This document shows, in pieces, positions 1 through 12,610 of a DNA stretch of 64,000 bases. The stretch's first letter is position 1. The number at the start of each line of letters is the position of its first letter. The notes under the pieces are model-generated. The model worked only from the letters and a program-made list of their open reading frames with translations. It ran no database searches and had not been told where the DNA came from. Source of the DNA: the human T2T-CHM13v2.0 reference genome, Homo sapiens; the NCBI RefSeq assembly GCF_009914755.1, contig NC_060947.1, one strand, 5' to 3'. The translations under genes and the position numbers were made by a program.

Positions 1-842
1 AAGATAGTGTTAGCTAATTAGTGGCAAAAGAGAAATTAGAATTTGGAGTGTTTAATTTTTCTCTGCTCAATGTTGCTCTCCTCAAAGGTTATTTCTAAGA
101 AAGTTTAAAAATAATTTCCAAGAATTCATCAAAATTATCTCTCATTATCTGACTGAATTCAGTTCTCTTTACCTAAATTAAATTTGGCAAAAAAGGACGG
201 GGAAAGAGATTACCTCTATTCATAGAAGCCAGGTCCTTCTGTCCTTGTTCTATCACTTATTGTGCATGTTTTTATTCAAATGCAAGTTAATGCCACTTTC
301 TAAATCACAAATCCATTTAAATGGATCATTAAACCAATTCCTATGTTTCCACAGTGATGGATGATGCCCCTCTCTCTAACTTGCCCCCATAATGACCAAC
401 CTATATTGTGCACCTATTTTTAGTAGGCTCTTCTACATGACCTTTCATGCATATCCTCCAATTGTTTCTCTTATTTTTTTTTTTGTCCACTTCTCTGTAT
501 GCCTAGACCTGTGCATTCCCCTGAAATGCCAATCTCAGGGACCTTAGTGTTCTATTCAATTTATTCTAAATTTGACATTTGTTATCTATGTATAACAAGA
601 GTCATTTCTCATGCTCAAGTGACGGGGTTGGCAGAAAGTTTTCTCCTTTGTGTGCAAAACTGACCGAGTGAATTATTTTCTTTTCCCCCTTCAAAAGAGG
701 TTGAGAATGAGTGCATCTCTTAAAAAAAAAAAAAAAGTAAAATCTAATGGGTTGCCCTGATGGGCATATATTTCTTGTTAAGGTCTGGCTGACTCTCAGA
801 GACTGTGTATGTGTAGTAATTTTTTTTCCTTTTATTTTGCAG

Positions 843-915
843 GTAGAAGTATGATAGTTGAACTTTATTGTGCTCTAGAAAAAGCAATAAACCCTTCTGC
901 AAACTTCATAAGATA
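843..915 (+). other. Candidate plus-strand terminal exon (unidentified gene)
   Basis: Strong acceptor TTTTTTTCCTTTTATTTTGCAG ending at 842, followed by GTA GAA GTA TGA and AATAAA at 886-891; end coordinate is an estimated cleavage zone. No upstream exon identified. Confidence 0.25.
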
Positions 916-1480
916 GCACAGTAAAAGGAACTCTACACCAAGAGGACATTTTCCCTTCAAAATAACAAAGCAGAACACAAAGTAAATCAAAGCATATAAA
1001 CGGAGAAAGGAATTCCGTTGCCTTTGAAATTGAACTCCAGAAATAATTTACTTAAAAAGAGTTCCTCAGATATAGCTTGAAGTCTAAAGACAATCATTGA
1101 TCATCAACTGGTATTCTCTTACTCCATCAGCACTCCAGATACAAAGCAAGAGAAAACCCAGAGTAAAAAATTTAAATGGACAATATTTCATCTGCAACCT
1201 GGAAAGTCTTCTATGCTTGCTGTTGTATTGACTTTCCTACTTATCTCAGAAAATTGTGCATTTAATCATCTCTCTCTATTTTCTTTGACTCTTTTCCAGT
1301 GAGAGAGTATAAGATTGTTTACCTAAAGACCTCGAAGTCTAGCAAGATAGGAAGCAAGTTGTTACTTAAGCAGGTTGGGGGGGCATTATGGGCACAATGA
1401 AAATTAATCATTGGTTCTCTTTGCCTATCAAAATACATCGTTCACATAGGACCCCTTTCCCCAATAAATTTAGATCATGC

Positions 1481-1678
1481 CTACTCTAGAAAAGGAATCA
1501 CAGCATTGTCACTTCTTGATGTTGTGAAGTAATTTGTAATGCGCAGAAATGATTTGAATACATGTCCCAACAGAGCTTTGTGAAGGAAACTCAAAGCTAT
1601 TCTGACATAATAGCAAATGATAGCAGAGAAGGGACTGAAGCACTGCAGCAAACCCAAAATTGTTCCAATATTCAGCTG
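1481..1678 (-). CDS. Candidate last coding exon of an unidentified minus-strand transcript (65 codons + TAG: QLNIGTILGLLQCFSPFSAIICYYVRIALSFLHKALLGHVFKSFLRITNYFTTSRSDNAVIPFLE*)
   Basis: Acceptor CTTTTCTTTTTTGTTCTAG|CAG (NAGNAG) on minus strand, open frame to TAG at 1483-1481, in apparently non-repeat DNA; phase-compatible with exon 2945-2997. A second frame is also open for ~56 codons, so coding status is uncertain. Confidence 0.3.
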   Translation of the reverse strand, partial: QLNIGTILGLLQCFSPFSAIICYYVRIALSFLHKALLGHVFKSFLRITNYFTTSRSDNAVIPFLE

Positions 1679-2029
1679 CTAGAACAAAAAAGAAAAGCCT
1701 CACTACTGAACCTTTTTCATTTCGTATAGCTGCTCAAAATTTAGAAAACTCATAGACCATAATCCATTAAAACAGCATCTATTACATCAAGTTCTAATTG
1801 CTAAACTTGCTGGTAAATCCTTGGGGTAAAGAGATTGGAACTCTTCCATTTTCAATAAAGATTATTTGTAAAACTAAAAAAAAATCCATGAGACAATCTG
1901 ATAGATGTCTCATTATTCCTGATCTGTGTTCTTTTTTATTTCTTAGCCCTACCTCTACAACCGATTAAAATGCTTAGCCTAAATACTTTCACCATTTCAA
2001 AGAAACCACTACAAAAAGTGCTATTTTTT

Positions 2030-2334
2030 GGCCGGGCGTGGTGGCTCACGCCTGTAATCCCAGCACTTTGGGAGGCCAGGCGGGCGGATCACGAGATCAG
2101 GAGATCGAGACCATCCTAGCTAACACGGTGAAACCCTGTTTCTACTAAAAAAATACAAAAACATAATTAGCCGGGCGTGGTGGCAGGTGCCTGTAGTCCC
2201 AGCTACTCGGGAGGCTGAGGCAGGAGAATGGCGTGAACCCGGAAGGCGGAGCCTGCAGTGAGCCGAGCACGCCACTGCACTCCAGCCTGGGCGACAGAGC
2301 GAGACTGTCTCAAAAAAAAAAAAAAAAAAAAAAA
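2030..2334 (+). mobile_element. AluY, full length
   Basis: GGCCGGGCGTGGTGGCTCACGCC start, AluY-type GAGATCGAGACCATCCT.GCTAACACGGTG and GAATGGCGTGAACCC, A23 tail, imperfect TSD AAAAA(G/A)TGCT(A/G)TTTTTT. Confidence 0.95.
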
Positions 2335-2944
2335 TGCTGTTTTTTTCCTGGATTTTATGAGGATAAAATTTAGATAATCTTTTAAAAATATGTACAATAT
2401 ACCAAACTATTTAAATAGACATTAGCATTTTCTGTTAAAGTACTGACATAGTATTTGCAACTATTTTTTAAATCATTTTTCTACTCTTGATCGTTTATAG
2501 TCAGAATTTCAGTCAAGTTTAGCACTATCCAAAAAAATCAGACAGGATGTGTTGCTTCACAAATAAGAAGCTACATGTAAGTCCTGAAGCACAAGGTTTA
2601 AGGAAAGGATTTCAGCAATGACTTATTCAGCAGATACTCATCATATTTCCTCTTGTGAGTTCTGTTATATAGTCCATATTCCTATGCTTAGAGCAGGGAT
2701 TATTCTGCCTCATTGGCCTTAAACTACATCAGCCCTATAACCTCTACTTCCCCACAGGTTTCAGTGATCTCCCAATTCTGTCGCAGAAAGCTTTTCCAAC
2801 AAAGTACACATTTATATTACAACCACACCCCATATGTCCTCCATGAACTCTTATTAATTCTCCAATACACATGCCATTTTATTGCTCTGTGAAGTCTTCC
2901 ATGTTTTTTCCACGCATGCTTTCTCTGCTGGCCTCTGTGTATAC

Positions 2945-2997
2945 CTCTATTATATCATATAGTTCTGTGCTTATCACGAATTTTTGATAATGCATTT
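2945..2997 (-). CDS. Candidate 53-nt internal exon (MHYQKFVISTELYDIIE) of minus-strand transcript
   Basis: Acceptor GTTTTATTCTCCTTTATTGCCAG, donor GAG|GTATAC (weak); ends in phase 0 and joins the open frame of 1481-1678. Confidence 0.3.
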
Positions 2998-3096
2998 CTG
3001 GCAATAAAGGAGAATAAAACAGACCCTCCAAAGAGTTTGGATGAATTAGAGCAAGGTGGCTTACCATCAGCATAAAATTTCTTCCTTAAAGATTAG

Positions 3097-3468
3097 TTTA
3101 ATTTTATTTTAGATATAGGGGTACATGTGCAGGTTTGTTATATGGAAATATTGCATGATGCTGAGGTTTGGAATATAGATCCCACCACCAGGTAGTGAGA
3201 TGCTACCAGGTAGTGATACAGATGCTCCCACCAAGTAGTGAGCACAGTACGGGTTAAGTAGTTTTTCAACCCATGTTTCCCTCCGCCATTCCTCCTCTAC
3301 TAGTCTGCAGTGTCTATTGTTCCCATGTTTATATGCATGTGTGTTCAATGTTTAGTTCCCACTTATAAGTGAGAACGTGTAGTATTTGCCTTTCTGTTCC
3401 TGCCTTAATTCACTTAGGAAAATGACCTCCAACTGCATCCATGTTGCTGCAAAGGACATGATTTCTTG
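3097..3468 (-). mobile_element. L1 3' end, old primate type (L1PA15/16-like), 5'-truncated
   Basis: T-rich tail then AGATATAGGGGTACATGTGCAGGTTTGTTA...CCCACTTATAAGTGAGAAC...GCAAAGGACATGATTTC, the reverse complement of an L1 3' UTR/ORF2 end. Confidence 0.85.
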
Positions 3469-3795
3469 AAATCATATGTTTTATCCGGTAAAAATACCTT
3501 AAAATATTTCATGCTATGCCATTATGTGTCCTTTTAAATTATTTGTCATTAATAAAATTGAAGTTTAAAATTATTTCTAATGTTCAGCCTTTGTTTTGTG
3601 TTCTCTTTGCATTAGCACTGTACACATTCAGTTTAAGAATCACCTTTTTAGATTCCCAACAAATGGAAAAGTGATATTTGTATAATATATATATTTTGTA
3701 AAACACAAAACAATATGCAGCAGAAAAATTATTGCACTAAGCACATGTATTAGAAAAGAAGATTCTCAAGTAAATGACATCAGCTTCTACATTTT

Positions 3796-4767
3796 TTTCA
3801 TTATACTTTAAGTTCTGGGATACATGTGCAGAATGTGCACGTTTGTTACATAGGCGTACACATATCATGGTGGTTTGCTGTACCCATCAACCTGTCATCT
3901 ACATTAGGTATTTCTCCTAATGCTATCCCTCCCCTACCCCCACCCCCAACAGGCCCCAGTGTGTGATGTTCCCTCCCTGTGTCCATGTGTTCTCATTGAC
4001 AACTCCCACTTATGAGTGAGAACATGCGGTGTTTGGTTTTCTGTTCCTCTGTTAGTTGGCTGAGCAAGATGGTTTCCAGCTTCACCCAAGGACATGAAAA
4101 CATCCTTTTTTATGGCTGCAAAGTATTCTATGGTATATATGTGCCACATTTTCTTTAACCAGTCTATCATCGATGGGCATTTGGGTTGGTTCCAAGTTTT
4201 TGCTATTGTGAATAGTGCTGCAATAAACATATGTGCACATTTGTCTTTATAGTAGAATGATTTATAATCCTTTGGGTATATACCCAGTAATGGAATTGCT
4301 GGGTCAAATAGTATTTCTGGTTCTAGATCCTTGAGAATCGCCACACTGTCTTCCACAATGGTTGCTAATTAAACTAAAGAGCTTCTGCACAGCAAAAGAA
4401 ACTATCATCAGAGTGAACAGGCAACCTACAGAATGGGAAAAAATTTTTGCAATCTATTCATCTGACAAAGGATTCTGGATTCTGTAGATCCAGAATCTAC
4501 ATGGAAGAAACTGCATCAAAATTGGGTGAAGGATATGAACAGACACTTCTCAAAAGAAGACATTTATGTTACCAACGAAAAAACAAACAAAAAAAGCTCA
4601 TCATCACTGGTCATTAGAGAAAAGCAAATCAAAACCACTATGAGATACCATCTCATGCCAGTTAGAATGGGGATCGTTAAGTAGTCAGGAAACAACAGGT
4701 GCTGGAGAGGATGTGGAGAAACAGAAATGCTTTTACACTGTTGGTGGGAGTGTAAATTAGTTCAGCC
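3796..4767 (-). mobile_element. L1PA6/7-like insertion with 5' inversion (twin priming)
   Basis: Minus-strand 3' end 3796-4364, then plus-strand upstream ORF2 segment 4365-4767 ending at TAGTTCAGCC, adjacent in L1 to where the minus part begins (CAACCATTGTGG); degenerate TSD TCAGCTTCTACATTTTT / TCAGCCTCTATTTTT. Confidence 0.85.
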
Positions 4768-4776
4768 TCTATTTTT

Positions 4777-6030
4777 AACAAAAAAAGAAGGGCAAATTAA
4801 ACCCAGAGATAAAGGAAGAAAATAAACAATAAAGATCAAAAGAGGAATTAGTGAAAAAGAAAACAGAAATTTAGAAAATCAATGAAACTAAAATTAGTTT
4901 TATTGAGATTAATAAACAACTAGCCAAGAAATGGAAAAAAATGACAAAATATCAATATGAGAAATGACAGAGATGACATGACTATAGATTCTATGGATAT
5001 TAAAATAATAACAGAATATTATGACAATAAATTTTAAAACTTAGATGAAATGGGTGAATCTTTTGAAAGACAGAAACTAACAAAAAGTCACTCATAAAAA
5101 TAGAAAACCTGAATATCTTCATATCTATTAAAGAAATGTATTAATAATTAAATATCCTCTGAAAAAGCAAATACCAGGCCCCATGTAGAATCACTAATGA
5201 ATTCTATCAAATATTTTGAAAAGAAATAATATTAATTCTTCAAGAACTTTAACAGAAAATTTGAGAAGGGAAAATATCTTCCAAATCATTTTATGAGTCC
5301 AACTTTAACCTAATACCAAAACCATATAAAATATTACAAGAAAATAATACTATGGACCAGTAATCTTCATGAGTATGGATAAAAAAACCTTTAACAAAAC
5401 TTTAGCAAGTTAAATAAAACAATATTTAATAAAAACAATATGTTATAGCCCAATGGAGTTCAGTCTAGCAATGCCAGGTTAGTTTAACATTCAAAATCAA
5501 TTAAATGTAATTCATTATGTTAATGAATTAATAAAAGACACAATCATCTCAATTTATGCAAAGTATTTGTCAAAACCAACATCTATACATCCATTTATAA
5601 TAAAAAGTTCTCAACAAAACTAAAAATAGACGGAAATTTTCTCAACATGTAAAGGTTATCTATGATAAACTTACAGCTAACATCCATCATACTTACTGGT
5701 GAAAGACTAAATTATTTTCCCTTAAGATTACGAAAAAAGCAAGTGTGTCTGCTTACACCATTTCTATTCAACCTTGTACTGAATGTTCTAGCCAGTGCAA
5801 TGAGGCAAGAGAAAAAAACTAAAGACATTCAGATTGGAGAGGGGAAAGTAAAACTTTCCTTATTCTCTTATGAGAGAATCACCAATGTAGAAAACCTGTG
5901 TGTTCTACAAATATTAGTTCTAGAATTAATAAGTAAGTTTAGCAAGCTTGCAGGATAAAAACCAATGTAAAAATATCACCAGTATTTTTATGAACTATAA
6001 ATAAAAAAATAGGAAATTAAAATTTAAAAC
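4777..6030 (+). mobile_element. Old L1M ORF2 fragment (host of the L1PA and MER11 insertions; also 3660-3780)
   Basis: Degenerate ORF2 homology incl. ORF 5662-5958 (FPLR...QVCLLTPFLFNLVLNVLASAMRQEK = [20 protein letters not shown] motif). Confidence 0.85.
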
Positions 6031-7138
6031 TCTTGCAGGAAGTCAGGGACCCTAAATGGAGGGACCAGCTGAAGCCATGTCAGAAGAACATAAATTGTGA
6101 AGATTTCATGGACATTTATTAGTTCCCCAAATTAATACTTTTATAATTTCTTATGCCTGTCTTTACTGCAATCTCTGAACATAAATTGTGAAGATTTCAT
6201 GGACACTTATCACTTCCCCAATCAATACCCTTGTGATTTCCTATGCCTGTCTTTACTTTAATCTCTTAATCCCGTCATCTTCGTAAGCTGAGGAGGATGT
6301 ATGTCACCTCAGGACCCTGTGATGATTGCGTTAACTGCACAAATTGTTTGTAGAGCATGTGTGTTTGAACAATATGAAATCTGGGCATCTTGAAAAAAGA
6401 ACAGGATAACAACAATGTTCAGGGAACAAGGGAGATAACCTTAAACTCTGACTGCCGGTTAGCCAGGTGCAACAGAGCCATATTTCTCTTCTTTCAAAAG
6501 CAAATGGGAGAAATATCGCTGAATTCTTTTTCTCTGCAAGGAACATCCCTGAGAAAGAGAATGTGTCCCTGAGGGGAGGCCTCTGAACTGACCGCTTTGG
6601 GGACGGCTGTCTTTTACGGTCATAGCAGAGGGATGAAATAAGCCCCATTCTCCTGTAGTGCTCCCAGGTTTATTAGGACGAGGAAATTCCCACCTAATAA
6701 ATTTTGGTCAGACCGGTTGTCTGCTCTCAAACCCTGTTTCCTGATAAGATGTTATCAATGACAATACATGCGTCAAACTTCACTAGCAATTTAAATTTCA
6801 CACTGGTCCTGTGGTCCTGTGATCTCGCCCTGCCTCCATTTACCTTGTGATATCTTATTACCTTGTGATATCTTATTACCTTGTGAAGCATGTAATCTCT
6901 GTGACCCACACCCTATTCGTACACTCCCTCCCCTTTTGAAAATCACTAATAAAAACTTGCTGGTTTTACGGTTCAGGGGGCATCACGGAACCTGCCAACA
7001 TGTGATGTCTCCCCCGGACACCCATCTTTAAAATTTCTCTCTTTTGTACTCTGTCCCTTTATTTCTCAGACTGGCCAACACATAGGGAAAATAGAAAAGA
7101 ACCTATATGAAATATCAGGGGCTGAATTTCCCCCGATA
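6031..7138 (+). mobile_element. MER11 (HERV-K11/HML-8) solo LTR
   Basis: Starts TCTTGCAGGAAGTCAGGGACCC...GGAGGGACCAGCTGAAGCCATG, ends TTTCCCCCGATA; ~1.1 kb; internal repeats AACATAAATTGTGAAGATTTCATGGACA x2 and TACCTTGTGATATCTTAT x2.5; AATAAA near 6948; flanked by AAAAC. Confidence 0.9.
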
Positions 7139-7176
7139 AAAACATATCGTTTATGGTAACATTTAAGCACATGAAC

Positions 7177-8490
7177 TATGGCACTAGCATGAAAATAGGC
7201 ACATAGATCAATGAAACAGAATAGAGAACTCAAAAAGCCACATATCTACAGCCAACTGATCTTTGACAAAGTTGACAAAAACATACACTGGGAAAGGATG
7301 TCCTTTTCAATAAATGGTGCTGGAAAAACTGGATTTCCATATGCAGAAGAATAAAACTGGGCCCCTATCTCTCACCATATACAAAAATTGACTCAAGATG
7401 ATTTAAATGTAAGAACTGAAAGTATTAAAATACTAAAAGAAAACATAGGGAAAACTCTTCTGGACATTGGTCTAGATGAAGAATTCATAACTGAGAACTC
7501 AAAAGCACAAACAACAAAAACAAAAATAGACACATGGGATTTAATTAAACTAGAAAGCTTCAGCACAGCAATAGAAATAATCAACAGAATGGACAAACAA
7601 CCTAGGGAATGGGAGAAAATATTTGCCAAATACACATATGGCAAGGAACTGATATCCAGAATTTATAAGGAACTTAAACAACTCAACAAAAACAACAACA
7701 AAATAAATAACCCCATTAAAAAGTTGGCAAAGGACATGTATAGATTTTTCAATATAAGGCATACAAATGGTCAAAAAGCATGTGAAATAATGAACAACTT
7801 CACTTATCATCAGAGAAATGCAAAGTAAAACTAATCATAATGGCTGTTATTAAAAAGTAAAACAAAATAACAGATGTTGGTGAGGATGTGGAGAAAAGAG
7901 AACACTCATAAACTGTTGGTGGGAATGCTAATTAGGGAATCCTCTATGGAAAGCAGTATGGAGATTTCTTAAAGAACTAAAAATAAAACTATCATTCAAT
8001 CTTGCAATCCCATTACCAGGTATCTACCCAAAAGAAAACGAATCATTATTTTCAAAAGATAACTACACTCGTATGTTTATCATGGCACTATCACAATAGC
8101 AAAGATATGGATTCAACCTGTACCCATCAATGGATTAATGGATAAAGAAAATATAGTATACATATACATACATAGAATGAAATACTATTGCACCATTAAA
8201 AATGAAATTGTATCTTTCACAGCAACATGGATGGAACTGGTGGCCATTATCTTAAGTAAAATAACTCAGAAGTCAAATACTGCATGTTCTTACTTATAAG
8301 CGGGAGCTAAACTGTGTGTACACATGGATGCAAAGTGTGAAATAATAGACATTGGAAACTCAGGTGGGAGTGTGTGGGGGAGTGAGGGATGAGAAATTAC
8401 TTAATGGGTACAATGTACACTATGGCTCCACCAAACACCCAGACTTCACCAATATGCCATATATCCTTGTAACCAAAAAATAAAACATAG
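7177..8490 (+). mobile_element. L1PB-like 3' portion (ORF2 C-terminus + 3' UTR)
   Basis: ORF 7388-7828 resembles ORF2 (KIDTWDLIKLESFSTA, WEKIFAKYT); 3' UTR GATGAGAAATTACTTAATGGGTACAATGTACAC...CCCAGACTTCACC. Confidence 0.85.
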
Positions 8491-10190
8491 AAAATAATTA
8501 GGCAAAAGATGTGTAATCCTTGTACACTTAAAAATGCAAACACATTACTGAGATAAAATAAAAGCCTGAATGAGTGTAGAGATATCCTGTGTTTATGGGT
8601 TGGAAGACTTAATATTGTTAAAATGTTAGTTCTCAAATTGATGTAGAAATTCAATACAATCCCAATCAAGATCTCAGCAAGTCTTTTTGTAGAAATAGAC
8701 AAGACAATTCTAAACTTCATATGGAAATGTGAAAGATGTAGAATATTCAAGCCAATTTGAAAAAGAATGAAGTTGAAGGAATTACATGGCCCTATTTCAA
8801 GACTTACTATAAATCTACAGCCATAAATATAGTGTGTTATTGGCATAAAGACAGACGTGCTTATTAATGGAACAAAATTAAGTACAGAAATAGGCCGGCT
8901 ATAAAAGGTCAATTGATTTTTTATAGAGATTCAAAGGCAGGTCAATGGGGAAAGGATAGTCTTTTCAAAAACAAATATACTGGAACATTTAAATATTCAT
9001 ATTCGAAAACAAGAATGAACAAAAGAAAGAAGTCTCAATCAACACCATGCATCATAGACAAAATTTAACTCAAAATGATCATAGGACTAACTGCAAGTGC
9101 TAAAACTATAAACTTCATAAAAGGAAAGATAGTGTAAATCTTTATGGCCTTGGACTAGGCAATGGTGTCTTAGATACAATAGCAAAAATATCATCTGTAA
9201 AATAACACTGATAAATTGGAGTTTATTAAAGTTAGGAACTTATGTTCTCAGGTAAGAAAAAGAAATGACAAGCCACTGACTTGGGCAAACATTTTTATTT
9301 CACATAATACTTAATTTGTATCCAAAATATGTAAAATAATCTCAAAATTCAATAATAACAAAATAAATAATACAATAAATAACAGACAAAATATTTAAAC
9401 AGATTCAGCACCAAAGAAGATGTAATAAGCACATAAAAAATGAACAATTAACCATTGAAGATGTACAAATCAAGACCACACACTTATTCGAACAATAAAA
9501 ATATAAAAATGTGTGCTGTGTGCTCATACTAAGTGTTGGTGAGGATGTGGAGGACCTGGAACTCTCATATATACTGCTGGTGAAAAAGTGAAATTATACA
9601 ACTATTTTGGGTAAGAGTTCCATAGTTTCCTAGAAAGTTAAATATCCTAAAAAGTTAAATATATATCTGTCTTATGATCCAGCCGTTCTACTCCTAGGTT
9701 TTTTACTCAAGAGAAATGAAAATGAATGTCTACACAAAGACTTGTACATGAATATTCATAGAAGCTTTTTGTATAATACCCGAAGGCTGGAAGCAAACCA
9801 AATGTCCGTCAAAGGGGGATTGGATAAATAATTGTTGATCCATCCACACATGTAATATTACTCATCAGTAAAAAGGAATGCATTATTAATACACACATCA
9901 ACATCGAAGAATCTCAAAATAATTTTGCCGAGTGGAAGAAACTAGGCAAAAAAGAGTGTATATTCTGTGATTCCGTGTATGTAAAATTCTAGAAAATGCA
10001 AACTAACCTATATTAACAGATAGAATGTTTGCCTGGAGAGGGGATTTGTGGCAGGAGTGACACAAGAAAACTTTGAAGGTGATGGATATGCTCAGTATCT
10101 TGATTGTGTTAACAATTTCACAGATACATAATTGTATCACAACATTGAACTATACACTTTTAATAATGTGAAGTTTACTTTAATAAAGCT
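8491..10190 (+). mobile_element. Old L1M (L1MC/MD-like) ORF2 3' part and 3' UTR, continuation of 4777-6030
   Basis: Degenerate ORF2 sequence (TTATGGGTTGGAAGACTTAATATTGTTAAAATG) and L1M 3' UTR (TGATTCC.TGTATGTAAAATTCTAGAAAATGCAAACTAA, GGTGATGGATATG). Confidence 0.8.
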
Positions 10191-10699
10191 TTAAATACTC
10201 CATGAAAATGGTGCATACTATTTCATTGTATGTTAGTTATTTATAAGAACTAACATATTTTAAATTATTTTCTACTGGGTAAAAGTGATGCTCAAAATAT
10301 TTTTCTACATTTAAGCCTGTGATTTTGTCTTCCCTTTGTAATACTGCTCCAGGCATCCAGTTTGAGAACCATATTCTTAATTCCCCTACTAATCACAAAG
10401 CAAGAATTCTGTCATAATACAAAGTGAACTTGAAGGCAGTGACTGGGTTTGTTTTACCTCTTTAGTCTTAGCTCCAAGCACAGTACCTGGATTAGTTGAA
10501 TGAACTAGACTTTGATACACTGTCTCTTCTTTGTCTTACATTTGTCACATCGAATGACAATCATTCATTGATATTATAATGATATTACAGATACAGATAT
10601 AAAATCAGAGGAAGTATTTTCCTCTTGGGGCTTATCTTCATTACATTACTTGCCTCATTCCCTCACCTGCAACGCTCTAACATACTTCCTCCAAAATTA

Positions 10700-10915
10700 G
10701 ATATGGAAAAAGCTTGGATTATCTCAGATTGAACTCTCCTCTCTGACACTTAAAGCAATGTAGTCTAGAGTAGTTAACTTGGCATCTCCAAGTCTCAATT
10801 ATTTCATTGTAATGTGGAGAAAATAATGCCTATTTTTAGGGTTGTATATACAATTCATAAAATGAGGCTCACAAAATACCTGAGCCATAGTAAACAGCCA
10901 ACCAGTGCTAACTTT
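10700..10915 (+). mobile_element. MIR fragment
   Basis: Degenerate MIR core TCTCAATTATTTCATTGTAATGTGGAGAAAATAATGCCTA...GGGTTG and 3' end CCTGAGCCATAGTAAACAGCCAA. Confidence 0.6.
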
Positions 10916-11423
10916 CTTCCCCTTGGGTTCCCACTATACATAACTCCCACATTAAAATTTTTCCATCTAGTGCTTTATCTGTTTTGGACTCTGTCCTCCT
11001 GTAAGTGAGTGCTATATATTAGTAAACAAATGCCTAATAGTTAAGCAACTTTTTCCAGATAATGGAATCCTTGTTTAGAATTATAGGGTGGGGAAAATGC
11101 AACACTATAGCAGGCTTTTGTGGATATAGAGGTTGGAGAGGGGAAGATGAGAACATGTTTTTGTCTACCCTAGACATTACACCACATAGACTGATGTTCA
11201 TTATACCTATGCTCAAAGCTGGCCTTGACTTCTGCACATATCTCATGCTCAAGGTCCTGCTTCTTGCCCTATAGCCTCTCACGTCCAAAAAGCTATTTTT
11301 CTCCTATTAATATAGCTCAAACCTAAACCTTCTCATCCTTGAATAGAAACATATTTCCTAGACTAGTTCTACTGCAAAGAAATAACTTTTCTTAAGCTTA
11401 GTCTTGAATTTCTTGGCACATAC

Positions 11424-11466
11424 AGGCAGGTGTTCTGTTCCTTAAGAATTTATCATTTCACTTTTT
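11424..11466 (-). other. Candidate 43-nt non-coding exon of minus-strand transcript
   Basis: Very strong acceptor CTTTATTTTCTTCCTTTATTGCTTCTTCCAG, donor CCT|GTATGT; stops in all three frames. Confidence 0.2.
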
Positions 11467-11669
11467 CTGGAAGAAGCAATAAAGGAAGAAAATAAAGACT
11501 TTTTTTTTCTTTCTACCAGTAAGTTCAGAAGATACCACAAGGAGTAGTATAAAACCCCCTAAAGGAGTAGTTGTTTAAAATGAGTAGATAAAAGGATTTT
11601 TCAGTCACTCTCACAATCCTAAAGCTCTGTTTAAGCCCATACCATGACAAACAGCTGAAACACTCGTAA

Positions 11670-11910
11670 CCACCAATGTTTATTGACCGTTCACTCTGTA
11701 CCAATACTATCTTAAGAATTTTATATGTAATGACACATTTAATTCTCAAAATAACTTTCCAAATTAGATACTGTTATCATTCTCCTTTAACAGATAAGAA
11801 AATGACAGGATAACAAGGGCTGAAATATAAATCACATTAAATCATATTGCTAGGAAGAAGCAAGGCAAGGAATTGAGCCTGATTAAGAATCTACACCTTT
11901 AATCCCTATA
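11670..11910 (-). mobile_element. MIR
   Basis: ATGTTTATTGACCGTTCACTCTGTACCAA...CATTTAATTCTCAAAATAAC...TTTAACAGATAAGAAAATGA matches reverse-complement MIR. Confidence 0.7.
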
Positions 11911-12454
11911 GTTGAACAATATGCTTGATTAAAGTAAAATTTCATTTAATCAGAACTCCACTAACTGAAGAAGTTCTTAAGTAAATGTCTTTTCTTTTAA
12001 GGAGAAAGAAGTACATCGTAAAATTTAAGCTCATGTTGTAAACTTTGTTTAAATCCAAATTTCTAGAAAAACAGCATATGATCCTTAGTCAACAAGCAAC
12101 GAGTTAGTGGTAACTAGACTTTATTTATTAAGGGGATAAAATAGATATTGACACTTTAGAAAAATATCTACTAACAAAAAAGTAAAACAAATGAATTTTT
12201 GTTGTTGTTTCCAGCATATTAAATTAACAAGAACCACCATTTCTTATGCAATCTGTTTAACTGAGGTTTTCCTGTATAATGCCACTTCTATATATCTAGA
12301 TGTCAGATTCCAAGTAGGCAAAATATCTGGCTATCTGAGTATTTTCCAATATTTATCTGGAAGGAAAACATAGCAGACAACTTTTCTTCAGAAATAAGGT
12401 ATAAACTTGATATACAATGAAACATTACCTGTATATGTGTTTTGTTTAATATAT

Positions 12455-12610
12455 TAGATATAATTAAACATATAATGAATATATGATATATATTGAAATA
12501 TATAGGAAAATATATATTTTTCAATATAAATATATATATTTCAATATAGGAAAAATATATATTTCTATATATATAATGAAACAAAACATATGTAGAGATA
12601 ATATATGACG
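12455..12610. repeat. AT-rich low-complexity / degenerate (TA)n tract
   Basis: Repeated ATATAGGAAAA(A)TATATATTT and TTTCAATATA units. Confidence 0.8.

Noticed and set aside
1123-1198. Extra minus-strand exon (LQMKYCPFKFFTLGFLLLCIWSADG) after 1481-1678
   Set aside because: Needs a weak GTAGGC donor and has a poor polypyrimidine tract; cannot be told from chance.
6841-6886. Short direct repeats as a CRISPR-like array
   Set aside because: Head-to-tail 18-mers without spacers inside a MER11 LTR in primate DNA.
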